Positions 37,541 to 50,700 of a stretch of 64,000 nt of DNA are shown in pieces. The notes beneath the pieces are model-generated. The model did not search any database, was not told the DNA's origin, and worked only from the letters and a program-made list of their open reading frames with translations. Within the stretch, counting starts at the first letter, position 1. Every line of letters begins with the position of its first letter. Source of the stretch: Polymyxa betae A26-41 (lineage: Eukaryota; Protista; Endomyxa: Phytomyxea); assembly GCA_003693705.1 (NCBI GenBank), contig RBZT01000286.1:1-64000 (forward strand), read 5' to 3'. The position numbers and the translations under genes are program-made.

Positions 37541-39010
37541 TTATTTGGATTCTAATATCGAGCTACTGAATGTACTAATAGAATCATGCAGCTGAGATTT
37601 GGAGGATTTCATGGTGTTGGCAGGGGCGAACACCACAGCCGAATGTGCACCAGCAGATGCCATCGGTGCCGACGTCTGCTGCTCTGGCCGATATTCGGAA
37701 CAGATCTCGTCAACTTCCAAGATCCGGTCGCCAATCTCGTCCAGCAGCCTTGAGAGAAAATCGATATTCTGCCTGTCTTTATCGACAATGGCCGGATTCG
37801 GTTCGATCATCTTGGGCCGTCTCTGTTCGTAGGATATCAGGACGCGATTATACAGGTTCATGGTTGACATCTGAATCTGGGACATTCGTAGAGCCTAGAC
37901 ACTCCCAGTTAACCACATCCGAGTAGTAACTGACGCGAATCGTCCTACAATCCCAATGTTGGTCTGATCCAGTTTCAACGCCTCCATTTCGACCTGCTGG
38001 ATACGATTCGCAGATTCTTCTAACTTCGTCATGTACTGGGCGACTTCACTGTTTTTCACGAGAATTTCCTGAAGGCGCCTTTCAAAACCAAAGCCATGTA
38101 ATCGATCAAACAAAGTTACATTAGTTTTCTCCTTGAGCAGCTTCTGCAAGTTCATTTGCGCCTCCTCTAACAGCTGATGGCTTTGAGCGGCCGATTCCGC
38201 CAGGTCGTGGTTGGCAGAGACTAGAACTCGATGCCGATTCAGCAGCTACATCGATGTCATTATCCTGAAATGGCAGCTATGTCTATCGAACCTCATCGAT
38301 ATTATGCCAATGAGGCTCTGATCGAACCGTTGCCATCAGGTAGTTTTCATATCGCTTCAGATGCCCTATTGCAAAGATTCAGCGACATCTATATTAGCCA
38401 CAGGAAAAGTTATGGATTAATACGCAGCTGTTTTGACATGGAGTCTCTCGTTCCTTTCACTTCCTCGAAGGTTTCTTTAAGCTTTTCGAGTTGGATCTCT
38501 TTCTGTTCGCGAATCTTCCTTTGTTCTGCTGCCTTCTTCATGGCCCTCAGACGTTTGTTGTCGCTGTCGAGAATATACGACTCGAACGCTTCAATGCTCT
38601 TCTTGAGTTCAGCTTGCTGAAAATGGTCAATTTCCATCAGATTCTAACGTACTCACAAGCAACCTTTTTTATAAAGCGCTTTTCGCCTTCTTTCACGTTC
38701 CTCAGGCGCTCAGCACAGCTATCCTTCATAGCAGCTAATTCATCATCTGTCTAACCGAAGTTTAATTCTATCTTTCAGGTAAAAATCGTATTCAGTACTT
38801 CTTTCACTTCCTGCAGCTTTTTATGCAGAAGTGACGAAATTGAGGAAGCTTTGTATTTGACTTCATGCCCCAAAAGAACGCCGACTTCTTTCGGGCTGCG
38901 TTGCAATCAATGAAAATCAACATGCTGTCATGAAGTTCATCATACTCTTGAGTTAAGAATGTGGCAGCGTTCGAGACCGCGGCCGCATTCGGCCTCAATC
39001 GATCGTCCAT
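37541..39010 (-). CDS. CCDC42/CFAP73-like (DUF4200) flagellar coiled-coil protein (multi-exon)
   Basis: QAELKKSIEAFESYILDSDNKRLRAMKKA; RHRVLVSANHDL; QIQMSTMNLYNRV. Confidence 0.75.
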
Positions 39011-40050
39011 CGTTCCAGGTTCCCAACTGAGACCTCCGCAAGTTCAAGAGCAGAGAGGTACCCCAAAAATCGATCGCTGCGATGTATTTGGGATATAGTT
39101 AGCTTTGGCGCCGGTCAGGTTGCGTCAAAATAGTCGAATGGTGCAACATTAGAAGTATTAAAAGGACGGGGCGATGGTGTTGGAGCTGATATGGGCAGCC
39201 TTGGTAAAGGGAAAAGCGAAGCTGATGGCAGGTTAGCATAGCCACACAGGAGCCATATGACAGAAACCTTGTCTGAGCTCTTGGCGGTGCCTGAACTCTC
39301 GATGCAGCTCAGCTAGATTCAGTGACGTCTGGGTGTTCGCTGGTCGAGGATTGTCGGTGTACGCGGCATCAGCATGGTCCAAATCACGTGACGCTTGAAT
39401 TCCTACCGGCAAACGTTAATCCTTATTGCAAGCGACTTAGGTGCTTACTGAGGTCCTCTAATGGCAGCAACAAGCCGGCCTGGTCTTCACATCTCTTCTT
39501 CGACGGCGGCGACGATGATATGGATTGTCGGGAGCGCTTTAGAGATTTGGTGACATTACCATTGATATGAACAGGAGGATCACTAGGACCAGGCTGTTCT
39601 GCATAACTGTCATTGCTAAACAGACGTGACGCTGCATGTGTGGGTTACGGTTGCACAGAAACGTTTCCGCATACATGTGTTGATGGAGTTGCTTATAGCC
39701 TGTCCCAAAAGATTAGGTGATTGCCGTATGGATCACTCTAACTCGGGTTACCATTGGGGTCTGGATGACGGGCTATGGGGTGACGGGGCCCACCAAACGA
39801 CATGCCATTATCGGTGAGGCGATGATCTCCACTGTTCATGACGCCTCATATCATCAGTGTTGCTGCGCAGCCCCCCACCCCATCATGTCGCATTCTTCTT
39901 TGAGCCAGATTCAGACAAGTCTCGAATGCTACCAGGTATTCTCGTTGGACCAACAAGTATGTTGCAAAGGGCGGTAGGAAGCAAAGTCAGTGAATTTCGG
40001 CTGCTTAAGAGTCATTCTAACAAATAGGTCTTGCTGGTCCGGACAGAATT

Positions 40051-40089
40051 CAGTGTTCGTAGATCCTGTCAGTGTTCGTAGATCCTGTC
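40051..40089. repeat. 19-bp tandem duplication
   Basis: CAGTGTTCGTAGATCCTGT x2. Confidence 0.9.
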
Positions 40090-40411
40090 CCTGCATCAAG
40101 TGTGTTGCCGCTACAGTAGAGTCTAGGATACGATTATTTTCGTTCAGATACAGTTAGCAAGTTATAATTTAGGAAAGAACATTCAGTTGGCAGTTTGTCG
40201 CAACATCGGGTCATAATATATCCCAATGGCCTGATGAGAATTCACCACAATATCCGGATATGCAAAGATAAGCTTTCTGCGTTTCAGACGACTGTTCTTA
40301 CAATTATTGACCTCTTGTTATGGTCATGGATATATCCCAATTTGAAAAATGTCGCATCTATGATCGTACCCTCAGATCATCATTGTACAGTGAATCCAGA
40401 CATTCATTATT

Positions 40412-40663
40412 ATGTCTGCGATTGATCAGAAGCCCACTGATTCGTTCGCAGCTCTAGTCGCCCAAATAAAGAACGTTGTCTTCCAACTCGGCTATCTATG
40501 TATTTGTAATATGTCCTCTCTGACACCGGCTTTGTCTATCGGCCTCAACTTGCTTGAATTTCTCCAAGTCACTTCGTTCGCTTTTGATCCAATTATGGAA
40601 TATCCATGGCCGGCATCGGGCTCCATTTCTTTTTGCGAACACCCAGTATTTACTCGCGTTTAG
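40412..40663 (+). pseudogene. orphan N-terminal fragment of a multi-pass membrane protein
   Basis: IKNVVFQLGYL..LNLLEFLQVTSFAFDP..YPW looks like the start of a large protist membrane protein, but under 500 bp remain before the convergent nucleoporin gene. Confidence 0.35.
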
Positions 40664-41148
40664 CATTTCTTGACGCGTCGTCGACGTTTACTATGTCACT
40701 CGGATGGGCAGTCGTTGACATCAATGTCGCCATTACTATCGGACTGTGACAGGAAAAGATCATCTGATCTGGTACCATTTGGCTTTTTGCTAAACCTGAA
40801 TCAAAGGCATTCTGCTCCAACGGGATCCCACCTGCTCATTTATACTTTACTTGGCGAACAACGTTCCCTATGTAAAGATGTTCTTTCCTTAAATCTAGCC
40901 AGTAAGCCGGTTCACATCTGCAAATCGAATCCAACTAAAACGAAATGCCTGACCGCCATAAATACTGTAATTGCAGCACTGTATCCCACAGCTAGTGCAT
41001 CTTACAAACAGATTTCAGCAGTCTTTAAAACCAAGCATCAAACTGCATAAATCGAGATGGATGTGCTCATTCAAGAGAACAATTCTGGTTGTCAATGATG
41101 TCGGATTGTAGCCAGATTGAAACACGACAATTATGATAGATAGGTGTA

Positions 41149-44100
41149 TTAATCATCGTCTCCTCTCCTACCTCTGAAACTCGAAGTGTCAAAAGTGAAC
41201 TGTGTTTGACCAAAGGATGAACTCGGGTTGGAGTTATTCTGGTTATTAGCCTGCCCGAATGAAGAGAAAGACATGGAATTTGAAGAAGAGCCAAACGGGT
41301 TTGAAATTGGCTGGCTTCCGGAAGTGTTACTGGCCGAAGCAAAGTTACTGCCAAATGGTTTAGATGGAGAGCCCAAACTGGCGCCACCGAAGCCCGTCAA
41401 TCCCGTCGATGCAGAACCAAAGGTGCTGCCAAATGAGGAGCTTCCTAAAGCACTAGCTTGCCCGAATACTGGCAGCGAAGCAGGGGCTGGCTTAAACGGG
41501 TTATTTGAAGATGAAGTGACAGAAGAAGCAAAAGGATTAGACGGTGGAGTTGAAGAAGATCCAAAAGCATTTGATGCCGAACTAACGGCAAATAGATTTG
41601 GAGACGAAGTGGAACCTGAGGCAAATGGATTCGATACAGCTGGAGATGCGGACGTCTGCCCAAATACACTCTTGAACGATTGACCCGTTGACTGCTTTGT
41701 GAACGGATTTTCAACTTTAGGCAATGGACCGGATGAGATTGCAACTTGGGAGGCAACGATACCGAATGGATTCGTTGCAGGAGCTGAATTCGCAGGCTTA
41801 CTTTGATCAAACCAGTTTGATCCCAATGTTGCTGACAGATCAAGAGACGGACGACCTTCTGATGCTTGGCCTTGGATGTCAGAAGACGACATAAGCGAAT
41901 CGTTGTTAGCTTCAAACGGCTTTGAGCCGAAAGCCAAGCCATCAGAAGCACCAATGGACATTGAGTCCTGGGAACCAGATATTTTGGCCGATTCTGATTG
42001 AGATGAGAATGAGGAAAATAAAGACGGAGCAGCTTGCGAAGATCCAAACAAATTTCCAGTAGACGGCTGCCCTCGGATAGAGAAAGCATTTTGCGAAGTA
42101 GGAAAGAAGGCGGGCCCGTTTTCAAAGAGCCTCGACGGTGAGGATGCAGGAGCATGTTGATCGGAGGTAACGTGATCTAATCCAGCACTTGGAAGAACTT
42201 CGGCGATTGCAGTTGCTGTCGCACAAATTCCACCTTCACTAGGTTGAGCGGATTCTTCGTTGTCTGGGAGCGTAGACTCGACTCCATCAGGTTGAGATGG
42301 CAAAGCAGAGGTGAGTTCAGCAGGCACACTATCAACTGAGTTGGGCTCCTGAATCTCACTCATTGAAGCGGGCTCTGAAGGCTCCGAAACTTGACGATTG
42401 TTAACCAAGGATTCTGTTGCCTTGGAAGAATTGGAAAACAATGGAGATTGAAGCGGGCTCTCGGAAGACGCTCCAGAGATATCTGAATAAGAGGCAGAAA
42501 GAGCAGTAGATGATGGCAACGGCGTATCTGCAGACTTAAAGTCGTTAGAAACCGAATCGGCAGGTTCCGAATCGTCGATAGTTGAAGTGATTGATTCGCT
42601 GCCAGCAGATTCTCGGGATGGCGACCTACGGACAGGTTCTTCACTAGCGACACCAGCAGGTTCAGAATTTTGACATTCAACTATTGGCACAGATTCTGCA
42701 GGCTCCGATGCGGTGCTATTTGCAACAGCTTGTCCTTTGGACATAAATAAGCCAGCAGAGGGAGCAGAAGCATCAAATGATTGACAAGCGTCCAAAGCTT
42801 CGCTATGAAATGCAGAAGATGAAGCAAATCCTGAATCCTTGCTTGCTTCAGAAGGCTTTGATCCGAACGCAAAACCAGAAAATGCATTTGGGGCAGTTGA
42901 AGCCTGGAAACCGAACGCATTGGTGGATTTTGATTGAGACGGAAACAAAGAAGATGCAGAAGATAAAGAGGGTCGAGAGGACCCAGAGATATTACTAGTA
43001 GACGGCTGTTCACGAATAGCGAATGGACTTTGCGAAGAGAGAAAAGAAGATTCATTAACAGAACGCTTCGGGGATGGAAATGCAGGAGTACTTTCAGCAA
43101 GGGAACCATCGCTAGGCCCACGAATAGAAAATGCATTTGTCGAAGCAGGAAAGGAAGAGACGCTGCCAGAAAGCTTCGGGGATGAAGTTGCAGCAGTAGG
43201 GAAACCTTCACCTTCTTGAGTACTGGAGTCCAACGGTAAAGCATCTGCGTTTGATGAGGCATCAGACACCGCATGACCAGAATCAAAGCTGCCACTCGAA
43301 AATATCGATTCAATAGCAGACAAATCCTAGATTGACAAAAATGAGGAAAAAGGAGGTCAATTTTGTAAACAGAAAACAATTAATTAAAGCACAACATTAG
43401 AGATCAGAAATGGAACGAGAAAAAACCAAATTATTACGTCGTCAGGGAAAGAGAAAATAGGCTGGGTATCGGAAGGTTTCCTTTCCAACTCTTCCATCAA
43501 CGCCTTCGATTCCTTATCAACCTCGTCTAGATCTAACGACATTTCCCATAAATCGTCTTCTTCGGTGGTGACGGTAGGAGGGACTTTCTTTCGCAGGCGG
43601 CTCAGATCATCCTGAAGACGAGACAGAAACTGGTCCAACTTTAAAGAAGAGTCAGCCACTTCCTTGGGCGCAGTCAAGAGCTTAGGACGGAACGTTCGAT
43701 GAATTGCAACCATTTCGTCGAATGAAGAAACCAAACCGTCTAACTCCCCACGTAGCCTTGCGATCGTTTCTGCGTTTTGGTTGATGGTACAATAAAGGAG
43801 CTGCAGAGGCCGCTGCGACCGATTCAGCCGACGACGGTCAATTTCAATTCGAAGCAATTCGATGTTATCCCCAATCATTGCAATATATTCGCGAAGTTTC
43901 TCTCGAATATCAATCGAGGAGTCGTCCAGCGGACGGCGACGAAGCTCTTCAATGTAACGTTCATGGGCATTCAGTTCCGCACGAGCAAGCTGGAATATGC
44001 TGTGTGCTTCATGTAGATCGTTTTCAATTTCGGTAACAGAGCTGGATGGTAATAAGCCCAATATACCACAAAGGCGTGATTGAGCGGATTCCGTTTCGTT

Positions 44101-45853
44101 CACGAGCGTATTGATGTCGATATCTTTTGACACAACACGAAAATTGACCGATGAGCGAAGGGCATCGTCGATTATACGCATTCCTTTCAAGAAAGCGCGT
44201 TCTAAATCTGATTGCGGCACAAAGTCTTTGTAATCGACATTGGTATGATGGAACCCGGGATCCGCTTGGTCTGCTAGGTAAGACACGGAGCCACTCTTTC
44301 CGGACGACGAAGGAAACGTGCTATGAAAGTGAGCCGATGAAGGCGAGACCAAACGCGTCTGAAAGCCGTTGATAGAGGATTTAGGCAGTTCAGCTGAAAG
44401 TTTGATGGGGGTAGATATTGCTTCAGAAACCCCTTTGGATAATCCAATTATACTGTTCTCTTTTTCTCCAGGCAATGCCTAAGAAACAAGTTATACTTCA
44501 CTGTAAATAGAAACGTATACATACCTGAACCAGAGCTCGACCACAAACATAATCGTCAACATCAAGCGATGGGTTCTCGGTATTTATAACGTTAAAAAAG
44601 TCGAGTTTACCCTCGGATGAAAACAATAGGACGATTGGTGCTGCGGATCCGAATCGATCGCCCTAAACCAAGATTCAGTTTAAAAGCAAATGTTCAGTAT
44701 TACAACATACAGCACTCTTAGCATTATAATAGTCAATGGCCAAACTATTAGCCGGAGAAGCAACACAGTTTGTCACCGATTCGAACAGCAAGGGGTTGCC
44801 TTCGACATCGGTTGCTTCTTTCAAAGACAAACCGTTTCCAGCGTCACTGCTCAGATGAAATGCAGTGGTCTCTGTCAATGTCGATGTTGACAGCATGACA
44901 ATATTCCAATGGGGTATTCTGGCAAACAGAATTCGGCATCCGGGTTCAGGCGATCCAGTAAACCAGTCATCAATTGATTTGAAATTAGAGACTGATAACT
45001 GCATTCAAATGTCAATAAATCATGGTTTCGATAGGAGATTGTTTCGCCTACCGGATCACGAAGATTCAATATTTTTACAACAATATCGCCGTCTGGAGGG
45101 TGGGCAGCAAAAAGTAAAACCGATTTGTCGACTGCAGATGAGAATACAACAGAAGACGGAAAGACATCCGGCCACGCTTGAATGGCCTTTCCGGTTGATG
45201 ACGAAACGATAGACACTGCACCGTTACGGTGACCACAGGCTAGCCAAGCTGAAGATTTCAGCGTCCAGCAACCTAAAATATCGTTTAAAATTCTCACCTC
45301 TCGCCGCAATTAAAGTGAAAATTAAATGCAAATAATCCTACACGAAGTGACATTCAAAGGCCATTCAGCACGCTTATTCAGATTCAAGTCGCCGATGTGC
45401 AAGTGACCATCGCTAGTAACGACTGCATATCTTGAAGGGATCGATACACTCCAGTCAAAATCGACCAATTCGGATGAGAAAGTTGCGGTTGACGAGTTCA
45501 AAGGCGATAAGGAAGCATTGGGATTAACAGAAAGAAAGGATATCGAGCGAGAGCCATATACTGCAACGATAAGACCATCTAGCGATACTTTTACACCACA
45601 GATGTCCTACAGAAATTGAAAGATTGTCCACAACAAGCTTTCTCTCTAAAAAAACCTTAGTCGGGACCTGCGCCATTTTGAGGTTGGGTGCATTCGGTGC
45701 AGCTTTCAATACTTCAGCGATAGGAACAGAATGAATACATTCTTGATCGGGATCGGCAATCACAATAATACCGGTGCTTTGGGATACTGCGACGAGAGCC
45801 TTCTCGAGATCTAGGAGAGACACCTGGCCGCCATGCACGACATTAAAGGGCAT
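41149..45853 (-). CDS. NUP214: Nup214/Nup159-like FG nucleoporin (multi-exon)
   Basis: N-terminal beta-propeller-like exons, central coiled coil (43384..44475), long Ser-rich tail with FG, FGQ and NPF motifs. Confidence 0.75.
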
Positions 45854-45903
45854 CGTCGTTTACGAATAGCGCCTTGGTAATCTTCGGCCCCGTATATTTT
45901 CTA

Positions 45904-47430
45904 ATGACGTCGCTATTGGAGCGATTTCCGACCAGCAGGGCAGTGATGCCCAACGCTCCTGCGATCTGCAGAATCAATGGTCCCGGGCTAGCGCAACTCT
46001 TTACGCCTGACAAAGTTGACCTGCTTGATCATAATTTTGCATTTGTTTGCAAAATGCAGCGAATAAGTTTGTTGTTGCATCACGTCAAGAAACAAAATGC
46101 AATTTGTGTCTCTATTGCCGTGGTAGCTATCAAAAAATTTTTAAAGATTAAAAATAAGCAAATGTTACTATATATGTGATCGTGTTTGATATTTTCTGTT
46201 GTAACTTCGTCCGCACCAAGCTTGTCACATTCAAACAAGTTGAACTAGCTGTTTTCAATAACACCAGAGTTTTATCACTTGCTACGAATCCCGGTCTACT
46301 CATATGGTATTCAAATTGAAGATTCAGCAGAAGGCAGCGCATGTGAATCCAATCCCGAGCAACAAACCAATACAGTATCATTGATGATAATCTCGGTCAG
46401 TTGATGTATTCATTCGCAGATATCGAAGATCCTTTCAGAGGAAATCGATGACAGTGTTGAAGCAGAGGCTCATCATGATGAATGTAATAGCGAGATTTCT
46501 ATTGCAGAGCCAATGACTTTGACCTTGTCAAAACATGAAAAGTTTTCCATATTGCTGATGTTGAACCTGAAAACCTGGCTTTATCTGCAGGTTGAGGTCC
46601 CAGCGTCTCTTAAAATCAAAAGGAACGAATTGGTGAAAGAAGTATGCTATTCCTAGGCGACCGTTGGCGATAGCAATGGATTTTCGAACTCCCACAAGAT
46701 TTTAACAGTGACAAATCACGAAACTGGTGGCAACTGATTGCATATTAACAGGTTGGAATCGATGGTTGGCTGCAGCTCTTGGAACAACATGCACCCTGAT
46801 GGGCCAGAGCTTCTCTAGCTGAATTGGCCCCCCGACACAGCACCTATGTGGTTATTTCCTTCTAATTCCGACGACTTCTCGTGGAATATGAATTCGTAAG
46901 GAGACTGAAGATGATTCGCTTGGCCCGGTTTCTTTGAGATAATGTTGCCTGTGCCGATGAAGTGGCTCCTGACAGATGGATGGCTCTTTGAAGTCCAAGG
47001 ACCTTCTGCTTCGACGTTGCAATCAAAAGCTGAAATTTGTCTTTTCAATCGGAATTGTAGTAGATCCCTATCAGCTAAAATGAAAGCAGCAAACAGGTTA
47101 TCCAGTACCTATATGCTTTTTCTCTCCATCCAGGTTGATTAGTTTGAAATCCGATTTTACATCTCAATAACAGGAATAATGTCGATAGGACTCCTCTCGC
47201 CAAGTTTGTTGCCAAATTATCATATAGGTTTTTGTAGTTCTTCTAATAGCATTTCCGCCACTCGGCTATCTTTGAGGTAAAACATCAAGTTCGATCTTGC
47301 TACCTTGCGCTCTATTCCTGGGAAGCACGACAGAAGATGTTAATTTCAGAGTTGGGGGAAAAGTTCCACAAACGACTATTAAACGAGGGTGCTTGGAGAA
47401 ATCAAGAGGTCTCTGTCAACCCCAGGTATG
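45904..47430 (+). CDS. hypothetical multi-exon protein
   Basis: Open frames bounded by plausible splice sites (e.g. YGIQIEDSAEGS..|ISKILSEEIDDSVEAE; LNWPPDTAPMWLFP); both ends uncertain. Confidence 0.35.
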
Positions 47431-47798
47431 TATACTGGGTTAAAGAACGGCAATGAACTCCAGAAGGATCAACTTTGGTTTTAAATCGAATTTTCTGGCA
47501 AAATGTTTACTGAAGTTGATGATTATGCTGGAGGATTTGGTTCTTCATGGATATCCGTTCCACATTTCTACTCTCTGCTGTGATGCGCTCAGAATTCTCT
47601 TGTAAAAAATTGAACAACTTACTTATCTGTCGTCAGAAAGAATATGCCTCCGATAATCCGCGGCGGCTTTTGATAGAGCTTTTCGCTCATACTAAAATAA
47701 CCTTTGTCTTTGATAACATTACAACTGATGTACTTGCCGCTATCTCGCTGATTGCAAGAATATACAATCACTGCACTAGGTCTTCGTAACAAACGACC

Positions 47799-50700
47799 AT
47801 GTTCATGTCAGCCACAATCACAAAACGTGACGACAAGGCAATACTCGAGGCTCAAATTCAGCTACTAGCGACAGGAGCAGCTGCGATTCATGAATCGCAA
47901 TCTCTTGTCGTTCCTGTATCCTATATCTCTCTTCGGGATCGAGCTGAAGCCTTGGGAATCAGCAATGAATGCGACAGGGTTTTCTCTCAGGCATTGGTCC
48001 GGCGCCTAGTGGCCTCCGAATCTACGAAGTCGGCGATTATAGTCGGAAAGACCATCATCGAATGCATTCGATGTGGCATTATGGATAACGATTCCTTGTT
48101 TCAACATTTGTCAGATGCCATCATAGCGCATGCCCCTGCGTCTTATTCTGTTTGGAAAGTTATTCATGCCGTTATTGCTTCCATTGATGCAACTTGGCCG
48201 GCTCAGTTGAATTTATCATCTGCGATAATTGAAGCTGGGTTTTCTCAAACTCTTCCGGATTCGGCAATGGTGGACACTCTTCCCACCCTTCCTTATCCAT
48301 CAATGATCACTATTGAACAATCGGGCAAAGCACCCACTCCAATAACGCTGTTGGCGCTTGGTCCTTCTAGTGTTCCAAGATGCATACGCTCAGCGTTATC
48401 AGGCATCCGGAAGCGTGCTTATCATTCGAATTTGTTGAAGTCTACTGCTGGGCTCCTTAAGACTTGTGCTGGGGCTCGCAGCCCGCGATCTGAATTAACA
48501 AAAGGTCTTTTATCGAGAACGCGCGACGTTGCCATTTGGACACATTATAATTTGTTGGTTGAAAGAGCACCACTATTTGCTTTCAACGTCGATGTCGAGT
48601 TCGATTCAGTTCTGAAACGTCGGTGTGTATGCGGTGCCATTGTTCTGAGTGAGTCTGCGTTTGAATGTTACGATTCGGCTTGACTTGAAGATTGTTCGAT
48701 TTCGATCATTTTGTCTTGCTGGAACAAATAGGCTTTCTGGGTTGACTGAAATACAGGAATTCTTACGCTTGCGGCCTGGGCTAAGAATAAGGACTCGGAT
48801 CAAAGTGATCATGCAATTCCTGCCCCAAACGCGTTTCCAGTTCAAACCCCAGTTCCCTCTACTCCTCTATCTGCAGGACAACAATCAACGCTGTTTCCTC
48901 TGACTGCTGGTACATCATCTGTTGATGAGACGCGTAGCGGTAAAAGCGTATTCAATGCTTGGAAAGAATTCTGGGGTGAATGGCTGATCTTGGCTGACCA
49001 GTTCAACGCCCTTTTGGTCTCTGGCCTTGTGGAGTTTGAAGAGTTCGTTCTCATGCTTGCTCACTCTGGCAAATCCTACTTCGGCGGTGCTCCACTTCGT
49101 AGTAATGCTGTCCTGTGGCTCATTACACAAGTGATGCCGCTCGACATCGTCAAAAGTGCAATAGCCAATAGCTTTACCAACCAGAATTCAACTCTTGCTG
49201 ATAATATTATTGGAATTTACGAATGTAGGCGGCAGTCATCTGATAATATCACCGAACTTTTCAATGCTTCTATTGCTTGTATGGTTTGGCGTTTACGAGC
49301 AATCCGAAAAGATTTTTCATCGAACGCTCTTGACGGCCTCAACAGTAATATCCTCCAAACTCGTTTCTAACTCTCTGATCATCCCAACCAGTTGAACACA
49401 TTCATGAGACGTACGGCGCCTGGTGGAAACAAACTGTGGCATCTCCGAGTAGCATCGATTTTTTCAATCTTGATGATCCGTCTTGCATCAAGGTCGCAGT
49501 TGTTAGCAACATCTCATCCCAGGTTGTTTCGGATCGCCTTATTCAATTTTTGAACGATGAGCCTTGCGATTCCAAGCTTGGATGGCAAACGCTGCCAGGT
49601 ATGTCATAGTACTGCTCGTTTGCCATTCCCAACTTTTTCATCTCGAAAAACTTCGTTCAACACATTAAAGGTGCCTAGACATCCTGATCTAATCTATTGC
49701 TAGGGCAACTCGTTTTTTCTGGTCATTCCAAACCATTACCAACCGCATTTCTAATTAACCTGAATTCCCAATGCCGGAATCGTTTCGCTCAAACGCTCCA
49801 GGTAGATTTCGCTTTTGATCTAATTCCTGTTTTCTGAATGAGCATTTTAGGATCGTTTGTTCAGTGGTGCCAGTACGAAGCCATCTATTGCTCCTCCCGG
49901 TGTCGTTGAAACCTACGTTCGCTTACTTTACATCGCACCATATTGCATGCAGCATAACCTCAAAAAACTATTCTCATTCCTTGACAATAGTTCTCCTACG
50001 CTTCCGGCTCATCAAATGCATACGTATCTGCTATCACTTTTCTAATAGCACCATTTAATATTCTTCTCTAGATTACTGGAGATGTTCAATTATCGCCTTT
50101 TCCGATTATTATCACATCAAGGGGTTCTTACTTCAGTGTTTCGTATAACAAGCACCGGTGCTGCGTTAGCAGCTACCCACCCTCTCGTAATTCGTTGTTT
50201 CGTCAGCAGAATTCCTTCTGATCACCTCTGTTAGCTGATTGATTCTGCTCATTCTCTGCTTCTTAAAATTGCACTGATGACCGCGTTACCATCTGAATGT
50301 ATTCGTGAGGAAGGCGCTCCACTGCCTATTGTAATCAGTCGTTGTATTTTATTGGGAATCGCTTGGCACTGGAACGACCAGTTTCACGGGACCTCAATTC
50401 AGCTCTTTTTGAAGAAATACTGGAAAACGTGTCCACACAGCTTCTCTGCTCAGACGTTGCGCTGGATGCCGAGACCAATGCAAGACTTCTTTCGAAATCG
50501 GAAATCATCATTTGTGACAATCTCTTGGTCGGACGCTCAGGCGCAAGCCAGACGCCCCGATTATGCTAGTCTGTTGGATTTCCGTCCTCGAAATGATGAC
50601 GTGTCGAATCATTTGTCTTCAAATCCCTTAGCCCGGCAGCAGTTTTACTGTATTGCTGCTATGCTCTGGCTTCAAAATCCGACGTCTGTAACATTTTTTC

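Noticed and set aside
41228-43379. Alternative-frame and antisense ORFs
   Set aside because: Shadows of the Ser-rich nucleoporin exon.
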